Below, piece after piece: positions 10,146 through 19,056 of a DNA stretch of 64,000 bases. The DNA is from an uncultured Chloroflexia bacterium (GTDB lineage Bacteria > Chloroflexota > Limnocylindria > Limnocylindrales > CSP1-4): the NCBI GenBank assembly GCA_963746075.1, contig CAVUZY010000004.1, forward strand, positions 200,213 through 264,212, read 5' to 3'. Both the position numbers and the translations under genes were made by a program. Under the pieces are notes generated by a model. That model ran no database searches, was not told where the DNA came from, and saw only the letters and a list, made by a program, of their open reading frames with translations. Numbering within the stretch: the stretch's first letter is position 1; every line of letters starts with the position of its first letter.

Positions 10146-11358
10146 CGCGGCGCGCCGGCTTCGCCCGGCTCCTCGCGGACGGCATCGCCGCCGAGCGCCG
10201 GCGATCGGCGGTGATCGGGCACCAGCGCGGCGAGGTGGGGCAGGAACGCGGCGGTCCGGGCGCGCGCGGCAGCGACGCCCCGGGCGAGGCGGGCGGGCAG
10301 CTCGGTGTCGGCCATGGTGCGGTCGATCGCCGCCCGGATCGTGCCCGCGTCGGCGCCGAGCGGCAGGCACTGGTCGGCGGCGCCGAGATCGCGGAGGAAG
10401 CCAGCGACCTTCGGGTCGTACGCGAACCCGACGACCGGCACTCCCGCCGCGGCCCCGAGGACCAGGCCGTGGAGCCGGACGGATACGATCAGGTCGAGGT
10501 CGGCCGCGATCCGCCTGAACGCGGTCGCCGACTCCGGGGCGGGACTGCGGGTCCAGGTGGAGCCGGTCGCGGCCCGCACCGCCAGCGTCTCGCCGGCTGC
10601 GATGTCGTCGTCGCGGAGACCCGGTTGCGGCCGGACGCGAAACGGCACGAGCTGGACCGACGCACCGCCGGCCTGGACGAGACCGTCGAGGGCGGCCGCG
10701 AGCGCGGTGTGCAGGCGCTCCCCGGCGTCGCGCTCGAGGCCGGGCCGGCCGACCAGCTCCCGGGTGATGACGCCGATCCGGACGACGGAGCCGCGCGGGG
10801 TGTGCGACCGATCCGGTGCGGGCCCGCCGGCGTCGAGCGCCAGATCCCCGGTCAAGTGCGGCGCCGGGAGACCGAGCGCGACGATCCGCTCGGCGCTCTC
10901 CCGGTCGCGGACCGCGATCAGGGACAGCCGGCGGAGCCGGTCGGTGGCCTCGGCCACGACGCCACGGTCGCGCAGCTCCCCGACTGAGATCCCGATTGCG
11001 ACCGTCGGCCGGCGAAGCGCGCGTGCCACCCGAATCCGGCGCAGCCAGAACCGCGCCGGGGCCACCGCGCCGCGCGCCTCGCGCACGAGATCGCCGCCGC
11101 CGAGCGTCACGAGATCGGCCCGCCAGAAGGCGCGCAGCATCGCTGGGTTGCGGTACCCGGCGCGATCCAGCGGCGGCAGCGGGATCGCACGGACGGGAAG
11201 CGCGGCGCTGGTCGCTGACGGGTCGGCGCTCATGACCGTCAGCTCGACGTCGCCGAACGCGCGCCGGAGGTCCGCGAGGAGGCCCTCCAACATCGCCTCG
11301 TCCCCGAGATTGCGCTCCCCGAACCAGCCGATGGCAAGCACGCGGACGGGTCGGACCA
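10142..11358 (-). CDS. Polysaccharide pyruvyl transferase (CsaB/WcaK family)
   Basis: ATG 11358 (MVRPVRVLAIGWFGERNLGDEAMLEGLL). Also LGGGDLV and SVRLHGLVLGAAAGVPVVGFAYDPKV. The long upstream extension of track ORF 10142..13018 is Arg/Pro-rich noise. Confidence 0.8.
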
Positions 11359-11395
11359 TGCATGCGAGGGTAGCAGCGGTCGTAGACTGGCGCGC

Positions 11396-12937
11396 ATGAC
11401 AGCAGCGGGCCCACCGCTGCCCGCCCATCTCAAGCGGCGGGCAGCGCGCAACCGGTTTCGGCGCGTCATGTTCCAGCCCCGGAAGGCCCTGCCGATGCTC
11501 GTCCATGCCCTTGTTCCGTGGGGCTGGGAGCCCGAGCCGGCCGTCCGCCGGGCACTCCTCGACACGGCCGTCCATCAGGGCGATGCTGCGGCCGCTCGTG
11601 TTCGGATCGGCGAGCCGCCCGGCGCGGTGGGCAGTGCCGCGGCCCGGCGCCGGGCGGACGCGTTCGAGGTCCTGGCGGCGAACCTGCCGCCGACCGAGGC
11701 GCGTCGTGCGCGAGCGGTCGCCGCCTTCCTTCGCCAGTCTCGTCCGCCACGCGAGACCGCCGGCCGCGGGCCAGCGGGCGCGGCGGCCGAGGCGGTCGCG
11801 GCTGCCGGACGGCTGCGCGCCACGGGCCACGAGCGACCGCGCTGCGTGGTCACGTTGCCGGCGCTCGAAGGCAACCCGTTCACGGCGATGATGGAGCAGG
11901 CCTACGAAGCGGCCGGGCTCGCCTCCATCCACGTCGACACGCTCGCGGACGCGGCGGCGGTGGTCGACGCCCGGCACGACGGCGGATACGACGTCGTCCT
12001 CCACGTCAACGCCTCCAACCGGCTCGTCTGGGGAGCGAAGGACGCCGCCGCCGCCGACGCCGCCGCTGCGGCGGCCCTCGACCGGATCGACGCGTGGCGG
12101 GCGGCCGGAGTCCCCCTCGTCGTCACGGTCCACGACGGACCGATCCTCGACCGGACGCACGCCGCCGCCGAGCGGCGCCTCGCCCAGGGCATCGCCGATC
12201 GCGCCGAGCGGATCCACGTCCTGACCGCCACCACGCCGGAGGCGCTTCACGACTGGATCCGCCTCGATCCGGCGCGGACCGTCCACCTGCCGCATCCGTC
12301 GTACGACGCCATCTATCCGCCGCCGCCAACGCGTGCCGCGGCCCGCGATGCCCTCGGGCTTGACCCGGCCGACCCAGCCGACGGCGGCCTCGAGGTCGTC
12401 CTCGGGCTCGTCGGCATCCTCAGCGAGCGCAAGGGCGCCCGCCGCCTGTTCGAGGCCCTCGCCGCCACCCCGGATCCACTCCCTGATGGCCGCCGGCTCC
12501 GGCTCGTGATCGCGGGTCGGGTCGTCGACCCGGGCGGCGAGGAGCTGATCCAGGCGGCCTACGCCGACCCGCGCGTCATTCCGCTGTTCGGCATCGTGCC
12601 GGACGATCGGATGCCGTGGCTCCTCGCTGCCCTGGACGTGGCGGTCGTGCCGTACGAGCGCTACCTCAACTCGGGCTGGACGGTGCTGGCGCTGACGGCC
12701 GGGATCCCGGTCCTGGCGCCGGCCGGGGGGACGGCAACAGAGGTTGTCCGGCCGGGGGCGCTCCGGACCTTCGATCCGGCCGATCCCGCCGACCTGGCCC
12801 GCGCGCTGGCCGACGTTCCGACGTTCGTGACGCCGGCCGCGCGGTCCGAGGCACGGGCGTCCGTCGCGGACCTCCACGCGCCGGACATCTCGGCCCGGTT
12901 CGCTGCGTTGGTCCGGGGCCTGTCGGTTGGGGGCTGA
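11396..12937 (+). CDS. Glycosyltransferase (GT-B-like), paralogous to 14170..15351; N-terminal boundary uncertain
   Basis: Shares blocks with the 14170..15351 product: VHLPHPSYDAIY vs LLHVPHPSYAGAY, and VVPYERYLNSGWTVLALTAGIPVLAPAGGT vs VLPYLRSLNSGALMLALTFGLPVIVPAGGG. The first ~150 aa are low complexity, so the true start may be downstream of 11396. Confidence 0.65.
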   Translation: MTAAGPPLPAHLKRRAARNRFRRVMFQPRKALPMLVHALVPWGWEPEPAVRRALLDTAVHQGDAAAARVRIGEPPGAVGSAAARRRADAFEVLAANLPPTEARRARAVAAFLRQSRPPRETAGRGPAGAAAEAVAAAGRLRATGHERPRCVVTLPALEGNPFTAMMEQAYEAAGLASIHVDTLADAAAVVDARHDGGYDVVLHVNASNRLVWGAKDAAAADAAAAAALDRIDAWRAAGVPLVVTVHDGPILDRTHAAAERRLAQGIADRAERIHVLTATTPEALHDWIRLDPARTVHLPHPSYDAIYPPPPTRAAARDALGLDPADPADGGLEVVLGLVGILSERKGARRLFEALAATPDPLPDGRRLRLVIAGRVVDPGGEELIQAAYADPRVIPLFGIVPDDRMPWLLAALDVAVVPYERYLNSGWTVLALTAGIPVLAPAGGTATEVVRPGALRTFDPADPADLARALADVPTFVTPAARSEARASVADLHAPDISARFAALVRGLSVGG

Positions 12938-14252
12938 GCCGACGGCGCTCGTTCCGGCCGCCGCATCGGCGTCGGCCGCGGCCGCGGCCGCCGCCGGCAC
13001 GCGCGCCGCAGGCGGCACGGAGACCGACCAGCTGCCGCGATCGCCGCGCTATCTCAGCCTCGACCACGCGCGGGGCGTCGCGTGCCTGCTCGTCGTCCTG
13101 TTCCATTCGTCGTCCGTGGCGTTCCTGTCCGCCGAGCAAAGCGGCACGCTCGGGACGGATCCACTGGGCGATCTGCTCCTGCGGATCACCCGGATCGGCT
13201 GGATCGGCGTCCCGTTCTTCTTCGTGATCAGCGGCTACGCGATCTCCGCGACGGCCGATGTCTTCCGCCGGCGGGCGGGTGGCGCCGGGTCGTACTTCAA
13301 GCGCCGCTTCCGGCGGATCTACCCGCCGTACTGGGCGATGATCGTGCTCCAGATCGCGATCGTCTTCGCGGTCGACGTCGTCCTCCGGCCGGGCCTGCTG
13401 ACGGGGAGCATCGCCCCGATCGAGCGGCCGTGGACCTTCGAGCCGGGCCAGTGGCTCGGCAACCTGACCCTGACCGAGACGTGGCGGGCGACGGCCCTCC
13501 CGCTGCGAAGCCCCACGGACTTCATCATCGGCCAGGCATGGACGCTGTGCTACGAGGAGCAGTTCTACCTCGTCACCGGCCTGACGGTCCTGCTCGCGCC
13601 GGCCCGCCTGTTCCGGGTGACCTCGGTCGTGACCATCGCGGCGGCCTTGATCGCGATCCTCGCGCCGATGGCCGGGATCCGGACGCGCGGCTTCTTCTTC
13701 GACGGCTACTGGCTCGCCTTCGCCTCCGGGATCCTCGTCTACTGGCAGGTCAACTACGGATCACGCGCCACGATCGCGCGGACGTGGGCCCTCCTGTTCG
13801 CCGGCGTGGCCTTCGCGGCGATCGTCCTGAACGGCCGGGCCGAGCTCGATCGCGACGTCGCGGCCGCGATGCTCTTCGCGATGTCCCTGCTCGCGCTGCA
13901 CCGTTTCGACGGCCGGATCGCCGCCTCGCCACTGGTCCGGCCGCTGGCCTTCGCCGGCACGATCTGCTACAGCCTGTACCTGAGTCACGCCGTGATCGTC
14001 CGGCCGATCAGCCAGGTGTTGTACGACGCGGGCCTGCGCGGATCGATCGCCACGCTCGCGGTCGTCCTGCCGGTCTGCCTGGTCGCCGCGATCGCGGTCG
14101 GCTGGGGGTTCCACGTCGTCATCGAGCGGCATTTCCTGAACAGGCCGTCGGTCGCGGCGCCGTCGGGGTTCAGCGGGGACTCGGCGACTCCGGAGGGTCC
14201 AGCCGCTCCCGCAGTCCCAGCGCGAACCGCCGCGCCAGGTCCTCCGGGTTGA
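12927..14252 (+). CDS. Acyltransferase family 3 (OafA/WecH-like membrane O-acyltransferase)
   Basis: LSLDHARGVACLLVVLFHS and GQAWTLCYEEQFYLV motifs, with about 10 TM segments. TTG 12927 overlaps the upstream stop. The start is uncertain. Confidence 0.85.
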   Translation: MGAEPTALVPAAASASAAAAAAAGTRAAGGTETDQLPRSPRYLSLDHARGVACLLVVLFHSSSVAFLSAEQSGTLGTDPLGDLLLRITRIGWIGVPFFFVISGYAISATADVFRRRAGGAGSYFKRRFRRIYPPYWAMIVLQIAIVFAVDVVLRPGLLTGSIAPIERPWTFEPGQWLGNLTLTETWRATALPLRSPTDFIIGQAWTLCYEEQFYLVTGLTVLLAPARLFRVTSVVTIAAALIAILAPMAGIRTRGFFFDGYWLAFASGILVYWQVNYGSRATIARTWALLFAGVAFAAIVLNGRAELDRDVAAAMLFAMSLLALHRFDGRIAASPLVRPLAFAGTICYSLYLSHAVIVRPISQVLYDAGLRGSIATLAVVLPVCLVAAIAVGWGFHVVIERHFLNRPSVAAPSGFSGDSATPEGPAAPAVPARTAAPGPPG

Positions 14253-15351
14253 GCGCCGCCGCCGCGGCCGAGGCCGCGGCCCGTGCCGCCGGCGTCGCCA
14301 GCTCACCCGCCCGCTGCAGCGCCGCTCCCAGGGCGCCGGCGCGGGTCGCGTCGAACGTGTTCGCGAACGTGTCGTCGACCATCTCGGCCAGCCCGCCGCC
14401 GGCCGGGACGATCACCGGCAACCCGAAGGTGAGCGCCAGCATCAGGGCGCCGCTGTTGAGGGATCGCAGGTAGGGCAGGACCGCGACGTCCGCCGAGCGG
14501 AGGAAGAGCTGCATCTCGCCGGCCGGGATCTGGCGTGCGTGGAGCAGCACGGTCGGATGGAGGGCTGCCCGCTCGAGGACGCCGAGGACGCCGGCCTCGG
14601 CGGTCGGCCCGCCGGCGATGACCAGCCGCCTGGGCAGGTCCGGCGGCAGGCTCTCCCAGGCGTCGAGCAGCTCGGTCAGGCCCTTGTACGGCCGGATCGC
14701 GCCGGCGACGACGAACACGAGCTCGTCGGGCATGATCCCGAGCTCGTGGCGGGCCTGGTCGCGTCCGACGTGGTCTTCGTACGCACCGGCGTAGCTGGGG
14801 TGGGGCACGTGGAGCAGCCGATCGGCCGGGATCCGGAAGTACGGCGCGACGTGCTCGGGGGTGCCCTTGGCCAGGACGTGGAGGACGTCGGCACGTTCGG
14901 CCACCGCTGCCCGGAGCCGGCTCTCCTGCTCCTCGAACCGGGCGCCGTGGGGCAGGATGTTGTGGATGGTCCAGGCGATCCGGCCGCCGGCCGCCTTGAA
15001 CCGGTCGAGCCGGCCGAGGAACGCGTCGCCGAGCTTGGTCGCGTCCTTGGCCGATCGGGCATGGGCGAGCGGCAGGTTCAGCCAGTGGAGATGGAGGACG
15101 GACGGGTGGCCGCGCCGGGCGAACTCGGCCAGCTCCTCGATCCGCTCCTCGCGGATGATCGGGACCGGGCCGATGCCGTACTCCCACGTCTTCTGGTACA
15201 GGAGGGCCTGGTACGGGTTCATCCGGGCGACCGGGTGGTAGCCGAGCAGGATCGGCGATCGATCGCTGGCCTGGAGGGCACGCAGCGCGCTGGCGGCTTC
15301 GACCGTGAACGCGCCGGCCGGCTGGCCGGACGGGCGTGGCTGACCTTCCAT
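14170..15351 (-). CDS. Glycosyltransferase (GT-B-like), paralogue of 11396..12937
   Basis: ATG 15351 shares 1 nt with the upstream stop (TGATG). Motifs HLHWLNLPL, TIHNILPH, HVPHPSY, RSLNSGALMLALTFGLPVIVPAGGG. The 3' end overlaps the convergent AT3 gene by 83 nt. Confidence 0.75.
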   Translation of the reverse strand: MEGQPRPSGQPAGAFTVEAASALRALQASDRSPILLGYHPVARMNPYQALLYQKTWEYGIGPVPIIREERIEELAEFARRGHPSVLHLHWLNLPLAHARSAKDATKLGDAFLGRLDRFKAAGGRIAWTIHNILPHGARFEEQESRLRAAVAERADVLHVLAKGTPEHVAPYFRIPADRLLHVPHPSYAGAYEDHVGRDQARHELGIMPDELVFVVAGAIRPYKGLTELLDAWESLPPDLPRRLVIAGGPTAEAGVLGVLERAALHPTVLLHARQIPAGEMQLFLRSADVAVLPYLRSLNSGALMLALTFGLPVIVPAGGGLAEMVDDTFANTFDATRAGALGAALQRAGELATPAARAAASAAAAALNPEDLARRFALGLRERLDPPESPSPR

Positions 15352-17174
15352 CAGCCGGCGCGCATCCTGGTCTGCGTTCCCGCTCGGGCGCCGGCCTTGG
15401 CGCCGGCCGTCGTGCCCGCGCCGCGCGCGCCGGCCGGGTCTCCGTCCTCGGTCCTGGCCCAGCGCTCGAGGACCTCGCGGTAGACGTCCCGGATCCGGCC
15501 GCCGTTCGTGGCCCAGCTCCGTTCCCTGATGACCCACGCCCGGCCTTCGCGACCGATCCGCTCGCGCAGGGCCGGGTCGTCGATCAGGCGCTCCAGGGCG
15601 GTCGCGAGGTCCTCGGCGTCGTCGGGCCGGAACGCGAGGCCGCGGGTGTCGGGCTCGGCGATCTCCGTCAGGGCCGGCAGGTCGGCCACGACGAGCGGCC
15701 GCTCCATCGCGAGGGCCTCGTACGGCTTGAGCGGGGTCACCGTCCGGGCGGCGCGTTCGTCGCGGCGCGGGACGACGAAGGCGTCGAGGAGGGCGTAGCA
15801 GGCGCGGACCTGATCGTGCGGCACCTTGCCGGTGAAGACGACGGCGTCGCCGACTCCGGCCTTCCGGGCGATTCGCTCGATCTCCGGCTTGCGCTTGCCG
15901 TCGCCGACGATCAGGCAGGCCACCCGCCGGCCGCGCTTCAGGAGGACGGCCGTCGCCGCAACGAGGAGCTCCTGGTTCTCGCGCGGATGGTCGAGGTTGC
16001 TGACGTAGCCGAAGACGAACTTGCCGTCGAGCCCGTAGCGCTGGCGGAGGGCGGGGTCGGGCGGCTGCGGCGTGAAGCTGGCGGCGTCGACCCCGTTCGG
16101 GATGACGGTCACGCGGTCCTCCGGAACGCCCCGCGACACGATGTCGGCACGCATCGATTCGGCGATCGTGATGACGTGGTCGGCGTCCTGCATCGCCCGG
16201 CTCTCCGCGTCGAACCGGCGGTGGTACTGCTCGCCGGACTCGTTCCAGTCGGCGTCGGCCGACCACGTCGCCTCGAAGAACGAGCGGACCTCGTAGACCA
16301 TCGGGCGCCGGATGTGGGCACGGATCGCCAGCCCGACCAGCGCCGTCTCGAAGCCGCGATGACCGGACGAGGCGTGGATCAGGGCGGGCCGAACGGTGCG
16401 CGCGATCCCGGCGGTGAGCCAAGCCTGGTCCTCGAGGAGCTGGTCGAAGGCCCGCTCCACCGGGTAGTGCGGGCCGAGGTCGAGCCGGTGGTGAGGGATC
16501 CCATCGAGCTCGATGAGCGACGGCGCCCCTTCGACCCCGAGCAGGCGCGGGAAGCCGAGCGCGGTCACCACGTGCGGCTGGATCCCGACCGCCTGGGCGG
16601 CGAGCAGGTTGTAGCGGGACCGCATCGTGAAGCCGTTCGTGAGCTCCGGTGCCGACTCCTTGAGCAGGTGGAGGACGACGTCGTGGCTGTCGGGCGCGAC
16701 CGGGCGGACCGGCCCGGGAATCCGGGGCAGCCAGCCCGGGGCGGTCTCGACGAGCCGGCCCAGGAGGAGGCGCTCGCTCTCGAGGCGCTCCGGGCTGCCG
16801 TCGAGGAGGTGCATCTCGTGGAGCATCCGGGCCTGCTCGACGATCACGCCCTGGCGGGCGAGGACCTCGCGCCGGAGACGGAGGACCCGCATGCTGTCGG
16901 GGTGGTCCCGGTAGAGGTGGTCGATCCGTTCGAGCGCCGTCCGGACGTCGCCGCCGTCGAGCGCGGCCTGGGCCGAGCGCAGCGCGACGACGTTGATCCG
17001 CGGCTCGCGATGGGACGAGATCCCCGACCCGCCCCGGATCCGGCGGCCGGTCAGGAACGTGTAGGCGGCTTCCGCGCCCGAGACGAGCGCGTCGTCGCGC
17101 GGCGACTTGAAGCGGCTCGCCAGCCCGCGAACGATCCGCTCGCCGCGCCGGACGACCGACGGATCGCTCAGCAT
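15351..17174 (-). CDS. Glycosyltransferase family 4 with a ~230-aa N-terminal non-GT extension
   Basis: ATG 17174 (MLSDPSVVRRGER). GT4 core IHASSGHRGFETALVGL...VIPNGVD...FVFGYVSNL...TPLKPYEALAMERPLVVADLPAL (EX7E). The N-terminal helical region is ALERIDHLYRDHPDSMRVLRLRREVLARQG. Confidence 0.85.
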   Translation of the reverse strand: MLSDPSVVRRGERIVRGLASRFKSPRDDALVSGAEAAYTFLTGRRIRGGSGISSHREPRINVVALRSAQAALDGGDVRTALERIDHLYRDHPDSMRVLRLRREVLARQGVIVEQARMLHEMHLLDGSPERLESERLLLGRLVETAPGWLPRIPGPVRPVAPDSHDVVLHLLKESAPELTNGFTMRSRYNLLAAQAVGIQPHVVTALGFPRLLGVEGAPSLIELDGIPHHRLDLGPHYPVERAFDQLLEDQAWLTAGIARTVRPALIHASSGHRGFETALVGLAIRAHIRRPMVYEVRSFFEATWSADADWNESGEQYHRRFDAESRAMQDADHVITIAESMRADIVSRGVPEDRVTVIPNGVDAASFTPQPPDPALRQRYGLDGKFVFGYVSNLDHPRENQELLVAATAVLLKRGRRVACLIVGDGKRKPEIERIARKAGVGDAVVFTGKVPHDQVRACYALLDAFVVPRRDERAARTVTPLKPYEALAMERPLVVADLPALTEIAEPDTRGLAFRPDDAEDLATALERLIDDPALRERIGREGRAWVIRERSWATNGGRIRDVYREVLERWARTEDGDPAGARGAGTTAGAKAGARAGTQTRMRAG

Positions 17175-17190
17175 CGCATCGCGCCGGCCG

Positions 17191-18036
17191 TCATCGGCGG
17201 CCACCCGCCGGACCGGCCGCCGCGGCCGCCGGAAGCGGCATGATGCCCGCCGCCGCTCGTTCGGCCTTGCGCCGCTCCGAGTGCTCCCGGTGGATCGCGA
17301 CGACGTCGTCCGGGCTGCCGGACGCAACGATGTGGCCCTTCTCGAGAAGCATCGCCTTGTTGCAGTACTCGCTCACCCAGCCCATGTCGTGGGTCACGAG
17401 GACGATGGCCTTGGCCTCCTTGACGAGCTCGAGCACGCGCGCCTTCGACTTCTCGCGGAATGAGGCGTCACCGGTCGAGAGGACCTCGTCGAGCAGGAGG
17501 ATGTCGGGGTTGACCGAGGTGGCGATCGCGAAGCCGAGCCGGGCCCGCATCCCCGACGAGTAGGTCTTGATCGGGGCGTCGATGAACGGCCCGAGATCGG
17601 CGAACTCGACCATGCCCGGCAGCCGCTCCTCGACCGTGGCGTGGGGCAGGCCCATGAACGCTCCTGCCAGCCGGATGTTCTCGCGGCCGCTCAGGTCGCC
17701 GTCGAACCCGGCCCCGAGCGAGAGCAGGCTCGACACATGGCCGTCGACCTCGACCACTCCGGCCGACGGGGTGATGATCCCGGCCAGGACCTGGAGGAGG
17801 GTGCTCTTGCCGGCCCCGTTCGGCCCGATGACCCCGAGCGACTCGCCGTGGACGACCTGGAACGACACGTCCTTGAGTGCCCAGAAGTGGGTGTCGTCAC
17901 CTTCGAACTTGACCCGCCGCGTGAGGGACTGGCGGACCGTCGCCTTGCGGGTCAGCTTCAGGTTGTACTGGACTCCGAGGTTCTCGACATTGATCGCGAT
18001 CTGCGCGCGCGAGGCCGGGTCATGAGCGATCGTCAT
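17191..18036 (-). CDS. ABC transporter ATP-binding protein, polysaccharide/teichoic-acid export type (Wzt/TagH-like), short form without a C-terminal carbohydrate-binding domain
   Basis: ATG 18036. Walker A GPNGAGKSTLL, signature YSSGMRARLGFA, Walker B ILLLDEVLSTGD. Only ~280 aa. Confidence 0.9.
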   Translation of the reverse strand: MTIAHDPASRAQIAINVENLGVQYNLKLTRKATVRQSLTRRVKFEGDDTHFWALKDVSFQVVHGESLGVIGPNGAGKSTLLQVLAGIITPSAGVVEVDGHVSSLLSLGAGFDGDLSGRENIRLAGAFMGLPHATVEERLPGMVEFADLGPFIDAPIKTYSSGMRARLGFAIATSVNPDILLLDEVLSTGDASFREKSKARVLELVKEAKAIVLVTHDMGWVSEYCNKAMLLEKGHIVASGSPDDVVAIHREHSERRKAERAAAGIMPLPAAAAAGPAGGRR

Positions 18037-18938
18037 CAGAGGACTTTGGCGAACGTGGGCTCGAGCCGCTTGAAGACCAGGATCGCCAGGGCGAGCAGGC
18101 CGAGCGAGACGAGCGACAGGATGGCCAGGCCGCCCCAGTCCGGCGCTCGGCCCTCGTAGATCACGTCGCGGTACGCCCCGAACAGCACGATCCACGGGTT
18201 GGCCAGGATGATCGGCTTGAGCAGCGGGAAGTGGTCGGCGCCCTTGTAGATCAGGTCGATGGCGTAGATCCCGGGCGACGCGTAGAACGCCAGGCGGAGG
18301 ACGTGGCGGGCCAGGTTGCCGACGTCCCGGTAGAACACGTTGATCGCGCCCAGGATGATCGCCAGCGGCAGCGTGAACAAGAGCTGGACGAACGCGACGA
18401 CGGGGATCAGCAGCAGGTACGGCGTGATGTGGGTGATCGTCCTGCCGGTGGCCGGGTCGAACACGGGCTGGCTGTAGAACAGCACCAGCAGGGCCGCAAG
18501 GGGGATCAGCCCGAAGAAGAAGTTGGCGATCCCGGCGAACACCGAGGCGACCGGCAGGACGAGCTTCGGGAAGCTGATCTGCTTGATCAGCCGCTCCATG
18601 CCCACGACCGAGCCGATGCCGTCGATGATCGACGAGTTGAACCACTTCCAGGGCAGGATCGCGCAGAAGATGAACAGCGGGTAGTCCGGCGTGACGCGGG
18701 AGAAGATCACCGACACCAGGAACACGTAGACCAGCATCTGGAGGAGAGGGTCGATGACCCACCAGACGTTGCCGAGAAGGGTGTCCGACCCCTTCTTCTT
18801 CAGATCCGCCTGGACCAGGTAGCGGATCAGCCGGCGGCGCGACAGCAGCTCATTAAATCCGAGCCGGATCAGGGTCAGCGGTCCGGGACGAATCGCCGAC
18901 GACCGAAAGGACGCCGGTGCCTCGGAAGCGACTGCCAT
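18036..18938 (-). CDS. ABC-2 type transporter permease (Wzm/TagG-like)
   Basis: ATG 18938 (MAVASEAPASF). LIRYLVQADLKKKGSDTLLGNVWWVIDPLLQM is typical of ABC-2 polysaccharide exporters. Six TM segments. The stop shares 1 nt with the ATPase ATG. Confidence 0.9.
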   Translation of the reverse strand: MAVASEAPASFRSSAIRPGPLTLIRLGFNELLSRRRLIRYLVQADLKKKGSDTLLGNVWWVIDPLLQMLVYVFLVSVIFSRVTPDYPLFIFCAILPWKWFNSSIIDGIGSVVGMERLIKQISFPKLVLPVASVFAGIANFFFGLIPLAALLVLFYSQPVFDPATGRTITHITPYLLLIPVVAFVQLLFTLPLAIILGAINVFYRDVGNLARHVLRLAFYASPGIYAIDLIYKGADHFPLLKPIILANPWIVLFGAYRDVIYEGRAPDWGGLAILSLVSLGLLALAILVFKRLEPTFAKVL

Positions 18939-19056
18939 ACCGGCGGGAGAATAGCATGGGGTCCCCTCGTGACCCCCTCGTGGCCGGGCGCCAGACCCTC
19001 GTGAACAGTGGCGACGACCGGCAGCGCCGGCGGGAGTGGGATGGCAAGATGCGTCG

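Noticed and set aside
11359-11395. A 37-bp divergent gap between the pyruvyl transferase (start 11358) and the GT at 11396, considered as a shared bidirectional promoter.
   Set aside because: The gap is too short to hold two promoters. The plus-strand GT more likely starts further downstream, because its first ~150 aa are low complexity. I could not define -10/-35 elements with confidence.
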